Part shown: piece after piece, positions 1 through 7,319 of the stretch
Numbering within the stretch: position 1 is the first letter of the stretch
Layout of the letters: each line of letters starts with the position of its first letter
Source: Candidatus Helarchaeota ASGARD archaeon Hel_GB_B
GTDB taxonomy: Archaea > Asgardarchaeota > Lokiarchaeia > Helarchaeales > HEL-GB-B
DNA: 10,765 nt
Assembly (NCBI GenBank): GCA_005191425.1
Contig: SUPR01000105.1
Span: 1 to 10,765 of the forward strand
Reading direction: 5' to 3'
Position numbers and translations under genes: made by a program
The notes under the pieces: generated by a model
Seen by the model: the letters and a program-made list of their open reading frames with translations, nothing else
Told to the model about the DNA's origin: nothing
The model's database searches: none

Positions 1-109
1 AATATAAACGAACAACGAATTTTTAACAAAATTCATATCCAATCAAAATCTTTTATTTACATAGTAAAAAAGAATATAAATAAATTAAAAAAATTTATTT
101 TTATTTAGC

Positions 110-343
110 TTAAAATTGGTCAATTTGTACCTTAAAAATCTCATAAATATTATCTTTATTGGCATCTATTTCCTGATTACTGTCGTTTTCTAAGTATTTG
201 ACCGCTAATTCAGAACCATTGCATTTAACTAAAGCTACAGGTCTATGATATTTTTCACACCAATTATGAAATTGACTTCTCATATTTTCAAATTGTTTTA
301 ATTTCTTAAATTTTTCACATAACATACATTTTTTCGGAGTCAT
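110..343 (-). CDS. Small hypothetical protein with a putative zinc-binding motif (77 aa; ORF extendable to ATG at 376)
   Basis: C-x2-C-x16-H-x2-C-x3-H (KCMLCEK...FHNWCEKYH). A GGTGA Shine-Dalgarno at 358-354 lies 10 nt before the ATG at 343, favouring that start over 376. Confidence 0.6.
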   Translation of the reverse strand: MTPKKCMLCEKFKKLKQFENMRSQFHNWCEKYHRPVALVKCNGSELAVKYLENDSNQEIDANKDNIYEIFKVQIDQF

Positions 344-828
344 CAAATTAAAATCACCAATTATTTTTTGAATCATAATTTAAGACATTATAAATATTAA
401 TCCAAGTATTATGGAGATATTATTTTAAATTAATAGATATGAAACTTTAAGAGTTCTAGTGCATAAAATTAAAATTAAATGATTATTTCAATATTTAATT
501 GATAATAATGATTAATTAATAATTTCACGAGATTTAAAATAAGGACTATAAAAGGCTAAGAGCAAAATACATTTAAACTTCAAAAAAGATTATTATTTAG
601 ATAAATTTTATTGATTTTTTAAATTTAGTGGAACGAAATTGTAAATTTAATAATTATTTTTAACCATTAATAATTTTTATATATTTAATTTATTCTTTTG
701 AGTAATAGATTTTGAAATGAGTAATTAGCTAAAAAATTCAAAAATCTCCCAAATTATAATAAAACAAAAAATTTTTAATTCTAAATTTAATGTTGATAAC
801 AATTCAAAAACAAAGAAAGGTAGTCTAA

Positions 829-1209
829 TTGGTAAGAAGAATTAAAGTTAAAGTAAAGTCTGCCAATTTAGAATTAGAAGGAGAATTATTTGATACTCCA
901 TCGGCAAATGCAATATGGGGTGCTTTACCATTTAAAAGTAATATCAATACATGGGGAGAGGAAGTTTATTTTGATATACCCATTATTTTAGAATTGGAAC
1001 CTGATGCCCGTGCTAATGTAGATATTGGAGAAATTGGGTATTGGGATGTTGGAAAAAGTATGTGTATTTTTTGGGGCAGAACTCCAGCAAGTAAAGATGA
1101 TAAACCAATAGCTGCAAGTCCAGTAAATGTCTTTGGAAAAATTCTTGGCGATGTTAAAATACTATCTCACGTTAAAGATGGTGATGAGATAGTTGTAGAA
1201 AAATATTAA
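829..1209 (+). CDS. Cyclophilin-like fold protein (DUF369 / TM1367-like family)
   Basis: Family-typical sequence TPSANAIWGALPF...NTWGEEVYF...GEIGYW...MCIFWGRTP...VNVFGKI. The TTG start is forced by an in-frame TAA at 826-828; AAGGT lies upstream. Confidence 0.88.
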   Translation: MVRRIKVKVKSANLELEGELFDTPSANAIWGALPFKSNINTWGEEVYFDIPIILELEPDARANVDIGEIGYWDVGKSMCIFWGRTPASKDDKPIAASPVNVFGKILGDVKILSHVKDGDEIVVEKY

Positions 1210-1554
1210 TTATAAATTTCAATTATTTTTTTAATTTGATTAAATTTTTATAATTTAAATTATAAAATGCTATAATCTAAATACTTTATATTGACTAATT
1301 ATATAATTTTGAGATTGAGATAATATTAAAATAAATTTATTTGTTCATAAAAATCTGGATTTTTCTAAAGGTAAAAAATTTGAAAATATAGTCTGCTGAT
1401 ATTATGGAATATCTATTAAATTATCCCATAATATTTAATAATGTCTAATAATTTCATATTTTTTAATTAAAATAATGATTTTTAGATAATTTTTTATTTT
1501 ATGAATTTCTTAAATAAAAACAATTAAAGTGTAGATTAAATTTAATATAATTTA

Positions 1555-1560
1555 AAGGAG
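1555..1560 (+). promoter_or_regulatory. Shine-Dalgarno sequence of asd
   Basis: AAGGAG 10 nt upstream of the TTG start at 1571. Confidence 0.6.
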
Positions 1561-1570
1561 AATTGTTAAC

Positions 1571-2620
1571 TTGAAAAAATTAAAGTCTGCGATCTTAGGA
1601 GCAACAGGAATGGCTGGTCAGCAGTTTATAGAGGCGTTAGAAGGACATTCTTGGTTTGAAATAACGGATTTATATGCATCGGAAAGATCGGCGGGAAAAA
1701 AATACAAAGAGCGGGTAAAAGTATGGCATGGGCCCAATCCACCCTCTGATGAAATTTGGGAAAAAAAAGTTAAACTTGTAGATGATATCGACCTTGACGC
1801 TATAGACATCGTTTTTTCGGCATTACCTGGTTCTATTGCAAGAAAATATGAAGAAAAGTGCGCTAAATATAAGCCTGTTATATCTACTGCATCTGCATTT
1901 CGGTATGATGATGATGTACCTATTTTAATTCCTGAGACTAATATTGAGCATATTAAATTAATTGATGTACAACGAAAAAACAGAGGATGGGATGGATTCG
2001 TAGTACCCGGTCCCAACTGTACTACTGTAGGTTTAGTTATGTCGCTTAAGCCAATTTATGATGCATTTGGTCTTGAATGGGTCATAATGGTATCAATGCA
2101 AGCAATTTCTGGCGCAGGTTATCCAGGAGTCCCGTCATATGATATTATAGCAAATGTTATTCCATATATTGAAAATGAAGAATCAAAAGTTAAAAAAGAA
2201 ACATTAAAGATCCTCGGTAAATTTCAGGATGGAAAAATAATTAATGCAAATTTTAAATTAGATTGTAAATGTAATAGAGTTACTTCAATAAATGGACATA
2301 TGGAAAGTATCTTTATAAAAACTAAAGACCCTTGTGGCTTAGAAGATATTAAAGATGTATTGCAAAAATACCCTGGACTTGACCCTAATAAATATCCTAC
2401 TGCAATAACTAACCCAATAATAGTAACAGATGATCCATATAGCCCCCAACCACGCGTAGATGTTGAAAAATATGGTGGTATGGCTACTATCGTTGGTGGA
2501 CTTGATGAAACTGCTTTTAATGGATTTAAATATACATGCCTATCTCATAATACAAAACGTGGTGCTGCAAAAGGCGAAATATTAGTTGCTGAGTATCTAT
2601 ATAAAGAAGGATTTATTTAA
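1571..2620 (+). CDS. asd: Aspartate-semialdehyde dehydrogenase, archaeal/fungal type
   Basis: Rossmann ILGATGMAG; NADP-binding ASERSAGK; FRYDDDVP; catalytic Cys in GPNCTT; QAISGAG; IPYIENEESK...ETLKILG; substrate Arg and catalytic His in CNRVTSINGH; C-terminal SHNTKRGAA. Confidence 0.93.
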   Translation: MKKLKSAILGATGMAGQQFIEALEGHSWFEITDLYASERSAGKKYKERVKVWHGPNPPSDEIWEKKVKLVDDIDLDAIDIVFSALPGSIARKYEEKCAKYKPVISTASAFRYDDDVPILIPETNIEHIKLIDVQRKNRGWDGFVVPGPNCTTVGLVMSLKPIYDAFGLEWVIMVSMQAISGAGYPGVPSYDIIANVIPYIENEESKVKKETLKILGKFQDGKIINANFKLDCKCNRVTSINGHMESIFIKTKDPCGLEDIKDVLQKYPGLDPNKYPTAITNPIIVTDDPYSPQPRVDVEKYGGMATIVGGLDETAFNGFKYTCLSHNTKRGAAKGEILVAEYLYKEGFI

Positions 2621-2628
2621 TCTATTAT

Positions 2629-3861
2629 TTAATCATCAATAACTGGTTTATCCATTATTTTTGCTATCCAAAATCTTTTTACTCTCAAATAACTTGCTAA
2701 ACTTTTGCCCATAATTGAAAGTAGAAGATTTTTAATGCGTTGATCCGTTCTATGTTTTATTTTTTCACCAATACCCATTTGTACTATTTCAATTAAATGG
2801 TAAATTGGTAATTTTGAAAGTGATACATTTTTAGCTAAAGTTAAATACCAATTACACCCTCCGCAGTAATCAACGATAAAATCAGCACCTTTTACATCTA
2901 ATTCTCTTAATCTTTTTCGAGCTGATTTAACAGAATATATTATACTATAATTTGAAGCTGCTGCACCAATTCCGCAGCACAATGCATTTTCTCTTGTATG
3001 CTTAGGTTCGACCACATCTATTTCAAATGCTTTTAAAATATTCCTTACTTTTTCAAAAAATATATTTCCAGATGCTTTAGGCCAACAATTATCATGAATT
3101 GCTACAGTTTTTTTCAAAGGTTGTGGTTCAATTTCACCCTTTTGAATTTGTTCCCATAGCCAATCAATAATTGAAACTACTTCAAAATTGAATTTAATAT
3201 TAAAAATATCATTATATACATATTTGAACATATGATATCCAGCAAGACAGACTGTAATCATTTTTCTAATTTTCATTTGATCAAATTGTTCCTTTAAATA
3301 TTCGCCAACAGTTTTTCCTGCATCTAAACACCCCATCCTATAAAGTGGTTCTCCACAACAGAGTTCTAAGGATCCAAAAATGGGGATATCTTTAAAAATC
3401 TTTGAGTCTAATAAAAATGGCTGTAAAAGTGAATTACATCCTGTATAAATCATAACATCTGAGTCAGGTGGATTTTTCCAGTTCATATTCCATATTTTTA
3501 TAAGATTTTTTTCGTCTTTAGGTATGTGTTTAATAGTGAGAGAATATAAATTTGGGAAATGATACGGCAGTGCTAGGCGTGCTCTTTCAGGAAGTCCCTT
3601 TTTTAGGTATCTTTCATTCCATTTAGATAAAATGAGCGAATGTGGATTACAATTATTCGGGCAATAATGATTACAAGCCATGCAACTTGTGCATTTATTT
3701 AATACATATTTAGATCTCCCTGATTTAACAAGCGACTTTATTTCATTTTGAGCCAATTCAATAGGCAATTTCAAAACTGGACATTTATGAAAACATAGCC
3801 CACAAAAATCACAAGCGTCCTCTTTAAATGTTAATGAAAATTGAAATTTCTGAAGTGTCAT
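2629..3861 (-). CDS. Heterodisulfide reductase D / GlcF-like Fe-S oxidoreductase (2x[4Fe-4S] plus two CCG domains)
   Basis: CDFCGLCFHKCP and CTSCMACNHYCP ferredoxin motifs; CCG domains YTGC...LCCGEP...VCLAG and HDNC...LCCGIG...YCGGC. Confidence 0.88.
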   Translation of the reverse strand: MTLQKFQFSLTFKEDACDFCGLCFHKCPVLKLPIELAQNEIKSLVKSGRSKYVLNKCTSCMACNHYCPNNCNPHSLILSKWNERYLKKGLPERARLALPYHFPNLYSLTIKHIPKDEKNLIKIWNMNWKNPPDSDVMIYTGCNSLLQPFLLDSKIFKDIPIFGSLELCCGEPLYRMGCLDAGKTVGEYLKEQFDQMKIRKMITVCLAGYHMFKYVYNDIFNIKFNFEVVSIIDWLWEQIQKGEIEPQPLKKTVAIHDNCWPKASGNIFFEKVRNILKAFEIDVVEPKHTRENALCCGIGAAASNYSIIYSVKSARKRLRELDVKGADFIVDYCGGCNWYLTLAKNVSLSKLPIYHLIEIVQMGIGEKIKHRTDQRIKNLLLSIMGKSLASYLRVKRFWIAKIMDKPVIDD

Positions 3862-3883
3862 TATATAATTTTTTGAAATTAGA

Positions 3884-3891
3884 TTTTTATA
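3884..3891 (-). promoter_or_regulatory. Putative TATA box of the HdrD-like gene (leaderless transcript)
   Basis: Minus-strand TATAAAAA 23-30 nt upstream of the ATG at 3861, with purine-rich sequence upstream and no SD. The AT-rich background limits significance. Confidence 0.4.
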
Positions 3892-3966
3892 TTTATCTAT
3901 TACACATATTTTTAATTTAATAAATGTTGCCCATTTTTCAATTGAATTGGACGCATCTGTTTGATA

Positions 3967-5079
3967 TTATAAATATTTACACTTATTCTTAAGACACTCA
4001 TTTCTATCACAAACATAGTAAATGCTTTTTGGATCATTAAGAAATTTACACCAGGTTTTTAAATCGAATTTATGTGGATTTTTGAAATAATAATTACAAT
4101 AGAAACATATTTTCCAAGGTTCTTTATTATTTTCTGTAGAGTTTAAATAAAATCTAAAAAATGTGGCTATCTCTTCTATTGTAAATCCTTTATTTTGTAA
4201 ATATTTTAAAATAATTACTCTTTTATAATGACTCTTTTTTTCCGACTTAATTAATTGTATTGCTTTTTTAATACAATATGGTGAATCTTCTAATATATCC
4301 TTAATTTTTTTCATAGAAATGATCCAATTTCCTGAAAGATTTTCTCCCACATTTGGTATATTTAAATCATAATTTGTTTTCCAATATCTGTTTTTAAAAC
4401 CTGGATTTCTTGATTTGATATTTGGACTTAAAAAATTAAAAAACTGGAATTCGGGGATCGAGAAATTTTCGATTTTTAAGTTTGATTTGACCGAATCATC
4501 CAATATTTTAGAAATATCCCACTTTTTAATAGGAATAGAAAAATACTCTTCATTTTTAATTTTCCAATATGGCGAATATACCCATCTTATTAGTTTAGGA
4601 TATTCTGTCATATCTAGGTCAACGCCAATTTTATAATCTATACTGTCATATTGATAATTGTGAAACAAATATTTTTTGGACTTCTTCCAGCCTGACTTTT
4701 GTGGAAATAGTTCCTCAAAAACCTTTTTAAATCGCATTGGGTTAATTTCATCGTTAATGTATTGCATAGCGTGAATTCCTACCCCTGAAATTTTCCAAAA
4801 GAAATTATAATCCTGGTTTTTCTCCTTCCAGTTTTCCCAAAATTCTAATATAATTTTTAAAGAAAGTTCTCTTGAAATATTTGCAGAAATAATTTCACTA
4901 TCAATAACAAAATAAGTATCTTTTCCAGTAGTAGTCCTGAAAAATGGACGTGTGAAATCAATCAATGAGAAATCATCAAACCATGATGTAATTTTTTCTC
5001 GTCCATCTACTAATGTTGCATTAGCAAATGCATCTGCTTTAATCATTGAATATTCATTTACTTTTCTAATTTGTTCCAT
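3967..5079 (-). CDS. AEP-superfamily primase/primase-polymerase catalytic domain fused to a PriL-like C-terminal (putative 4Fe-4S) domain
   Basis: Motif I YFVIDSE (D60, E62); motif II KISGVGIH (H103); motif III GVD (D154) followed by PKLIRWVYSPYWK. The C-terminus PYC(269)...SHYKRVIILKYLQNKGFTIEEIATFF...WC(344)...VC(357)...C(362)...C(367) matches the PriL/p58 C-terminal pattern. Confidence 0.8.
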   Translation of the reverse strand: MEQIRKVNEYSMIKADAFANATLVDGREKITSWFDDFSLIDFTRPFFRTTTGKDTYFVIDSEIISANISRELSLKIILEFWENWKEKNQDYNFFWKISGVGIHAMQYINDEINPMRFKKVFEELFPQKSGWKKSKKYLFHNYQYDSIDYKIGVDLDMTEYPKLIRWVYSPYWKIKNEEYFSIPIKKWDISKILDDSVKSNLKIENFSIPEFQFFNFLSPNIKSRNPGFKNRYWKTNYDLNIPNVGENLSGNWIISMKKIKDILEDSPYCIKKAIQLIKSEKKSHYKRVIILKYLQNKGFTIEEIATFFRFYLNSTENNKEPWKICFYCNYYFKNPHKFDLKTWCKFLNDPKSIYYVCDRNECLKNKCKYL

Positions 5080-5104
5080 TCAAATCAAATTTTATTTATC
5101 CAAT

Positions 5105-5112
5105 TATTTAAA
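5105..5112 (-). promoter_or_regulatory. Putative TATA box of the primase-like gene (leaderless transcript)
   Basis: Minus-strand TTTAAATA (archaeal consensus TTTAWATA) 26-33 nt upstream of the ATG at 5079; no SD in between. Confidence 0.5.
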
Positions 5113-5273
5113 AGAATCATATCAATTTCTTAACATAAATTTTTCTCAAATAGTCTAATCTTTAATTTAAATTAGAAATTTTAAAAATTGGATAAAATGA
5201 ATGATTGAACATTCAATTAAATAAAAAATTAAAGGTTAATTTGCCAGATTTTCAATTTACTAATCTAATTTTT

Positions 5274-6063
5274 TTATTTTCTATCTTTTAATAATTTTAA
5301 ATAATAAAATATAACATAATAACCCATAAAAAAGCCCGCTGACTCTACCAGTCCATTATAACCATACATTATCAATATATCTAAAAAGATATTTACTCTA
5401 GAATATGAAACTCCATTAAAATATTCAATATACCAGATACCGCCAACATGTAAAGGAATTATCATACATAATGAAATCAGGACTATTCCTAAATAATAAT
5501 ATAAGAGCCCAAATTTTATTTTTCTGGGGATCGATTTCCAAGGTAATATACCAATGACTGAAACAGAATACATAACAATCAAAACAATAATTCCACCTTC
5601 AGAAAAAATTTGTCTTCTTGTAATTTCAAGTTCAGCTGGATTTGTTAGGCGCATTCGGGTTATCATTAAATAACCAGATATTTCAAAAAAAAAGAATAGC
5701 TATAATCAGCAGAAAATATTTGAATGCAAATTTGTCTTTATAAATTATGCACCGCATAAATAATAACCCTGATAATCCGACCAATCCCCCTTCAAATAAG
5801 CCCATTATTATTGGAATGAATGGATACCCCACTGGAATTACCCCAAATAATAGTGTAGTTTCTACCATTCTGGTACCCATTCCTTGTGCAATTAGCTCAA
5901 CCGTTGAATGAAAAGCTGTCGTAAGAAGAAAAACCAATAAAGGAGCTTTATCCTTTTTCAATAGTGCAACAATTATGCAGCTGATACAAATTGCAGCTGC
6001 AAAAATCAATTCAAATGTATATAATAAGTCAGTCGTATACCGGGAAACAAAAAATGGCAACAT
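5274..6063 (-). pseudogene. Polytopic membrane protein (about 262 aa) split into ORFs 5683-6063 and 5274-5666 by a 1-nt frameshift in a homopolymer; could be a sequencing artefact or a slippage site
   Basis: Both ORFs are hydrophobic with multiple TM segments. Removing one T from the minus-strand T9 run (A9 at 5685-5693) gives continuous ...LLIIAILFF-EISGYL-MITRMRLTNP.... Confidence 0.7.
5685..5693 (+). repeat. A9 homopolymer at the frameshift junction
   Basis: tttc-aaaaaaaaa-gaatagc at 5681-5700; the last A of the minus-strand run forms part of the premature TGA (5683-5685). Confidence 0.85.
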
Positions 6064-6255
6064 TTCTTCCTAATATCTATAAATTTAAATAAAAATATTT
6101 CGAGATTTTTCTAATTCCAATATTTAACGACCTGACTTTTATAATCTTGATTTAAATAAAATAGTTGTATTTTACAACATTTTCAGTTAATTCTGCATCT
6201 TTTTTATTGCTGGTAAGGGACTTTATTTACAATTGTTTAAAAATAATAAATAAAA

Positions 6256-6999
6256 TCATTGTTTACCAAAATAATAGTCTAATTTTCTTATATTTTTCTC
6301 TTTTTTATTATTTCCGTCATCAAGAAAATACAATACTTTTTTATATGAACGAGATGGATGTTTGATAAGTTGATATTCAATGTGGTTATCAAATGTAATT
6401 ATTCGGACAATTATATTTGGATAATGCTGGCATGATTTTCCACCAGCAGGTTTATAATTGGAATTTAACGCCACATAATTAGTAGCAATAACAATTTTTT
6501 TTCTAACAGATGCTAATCGCTTTAATGTCCCCATAATTTCAATCATATGTTGTAAATCTTCGGGCGCTAAATTTGGTTCGGGGACTATGCCAGAAACTAA
6601 AACTAATTTTGCATTATTTACTGTAGTAATTTCTTCTAGTGAATTTGTAATAATTTCATGAAGGTGTGGAAAAATGAACGCTCGAGAAATAAAAATATTT
6701 TTTAAAACTCGAGTTGGACTAAGTCCAATTGAAATAGATTTTCTACCAATAATATATGGATTGAAAATATTTTGTGCGTCCACGAATATAACTTTGCTAT
6801 TCAAGCCACCATGACTTATTGGTAATTGTGCTGTTACTGCTAAGCTCCGCAGAATATCTGCTGTTAGACTAGGCGAATCGTATAACATATAAAACAGCCC
6901 TTTTTCAAATCCACCTAAAAGTTCATCAAGTGGTTTTATACCACTGATTAATTTCTCCTGCTCTAATTGCTTTTTATAGTATTTCGATGCATCTAACAT
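6256..6999 (-). CDS. RadA/Rad51 paralog, predicted ATPase-inactive, lacking the N-terminal HhH domain
   Basis: Collinear with the RadA core: ISGIKPLDELLGG, LAVTAQLPISHGGLNSKVIFVD, VLKNIFISRAF, IATN, KPAGGK, LIKHP. Walker A position reads YDSPSLTAD, the catalytic DTE reads DAQ, and Walker B reads LVLVSG. Confidence 0.85.
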   Translation of the reverse strand: MLDASKYYKKQLEQEKLISGIKPLDELLGGFEKGLFYMLYDSPSLTADILRSLAVTAQLPISHGGLNSKVIFVDAQNIFNPYIIGRKSISIGLSPTRVLKNIFISRAFIFPHLHEIITNSLEEITTVNNAKLVLVSGIVPEPNLAPEDLQHMIEIMGTLKRLASVRKKIVIATNYVALNSNYKPAGGKSCQHYPNIIVRIITFDNHIEYQLIKHPSRSYKKVLYFLDDGNNKKEKNIRKLDYYFGKQ

Positions 7000-7319
7000 T
7001 ATTTTTCATTGACCAAATTATTATTACCTTTAAATGAATAAAGAATACTTCTAATAAAAATATTTTAAGTTTATACAGAGATATATACAAATAAAAACAT
7101 AATAATAATGAATTTATTTCCTGACTTTTAGAAAAATTTATTAATATCATAAATTTTCTAGTTAAGAGAACTGATAAATAAAGAGATTTTTAAAAATAAA
7201 TATGATAAAAGAGTTAATTCAAAAAAATTTTAATTTTTTCAATTTGATCAAAAAATATTTTTAAGATAAGGATTTATTATAAAAAAAGCTGTTATTCATT
7301 TTTAGTATAGGTGTTTTTA

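Noticed and set aside
1-108. Open frames at the left edge (plus-strand frame open from 1 to TAG at 106-108; minus-strand ATG at 36 giving MNFVKNSLFVYI...)
   Set aside because: Too short and AT-rich to tell a truncated gene from chance; flanking sequence is needed.
377-828. Long AT-rich intergenic regions (also 1210-1570, 7000-7310, 10148-10385) as hidden ncRNA or CRISPR loci
   Set aside because: No GC-rich stems, tRNA arms, C/D boxes with convincing context, or regularly spaced repeats were found; they look like promoter and terminator spacers.
1618-2016. 132-aa minus-strand ORF
   Set aside because: Entirely antisense to asd, Ser-rich and without motifs; shadow ORF.
1571-2620. Possibility that the stand-alone Asd homolog is an archaeal malonyl-CoA or succinyl-CoA reductase
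   Set aside because: It retains Asd-type substrate residues (PNC, the EExK...ET.KILG Glu, CNRV Arg) rather than the PLCT/THRI pattern of Sulfolobales malonyl-CoA reductase. Unclustered asd is common in archaea.
3937-3946. Perfect palindrome TTCAATTGAA between the primase-like and HdrD-like genes
   Set aside because: 10-bp AT-rich palindromes are expected many times per 10 kb at this composition; no matching copy with the same spacing elsewhere.
4415-4636. 73-aa plus-strand ORF
   Set aside because: Antisense shadow of the AEP gene.
4952-5158. 68-aa plus-strand ORF
   Set aside because: Overlaps the AEP 5' end and promoter on the opposite strand; no motif or RBS.
5204-5217. Inverted repeat ATTGAA-CA-TTCAAT upstream of the AEP gene as a possible damage-responsive operator
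   Set aside because: About 90 nt away from the TATA box, not repeated upstream of the RadA paralog (only a loose TTGACCAA there), and likely by chance in AT-rich DNA.
6165-6365. 66-aa plus-strand ORF
   Set aside because: Low-complexity F/L/I/N translation of AT-rich intergenic DNA, antisense to the end of the RadA paralog.
3967-6999. Integrated plasmid or provirus carrying the AEP gene
   Set aside because: No integrase, transposase, helicase, capsid gene, tRNA target, flanking direct repeats or obvious compositional shift in the window.
6974-7009. Out-of-frame upstream ATG (7009) giving an 11-codon ORF overlapping the RadA-paralog start
   Set aside because: Such short ORFs are common by chance; no evidence for a regulatory role.
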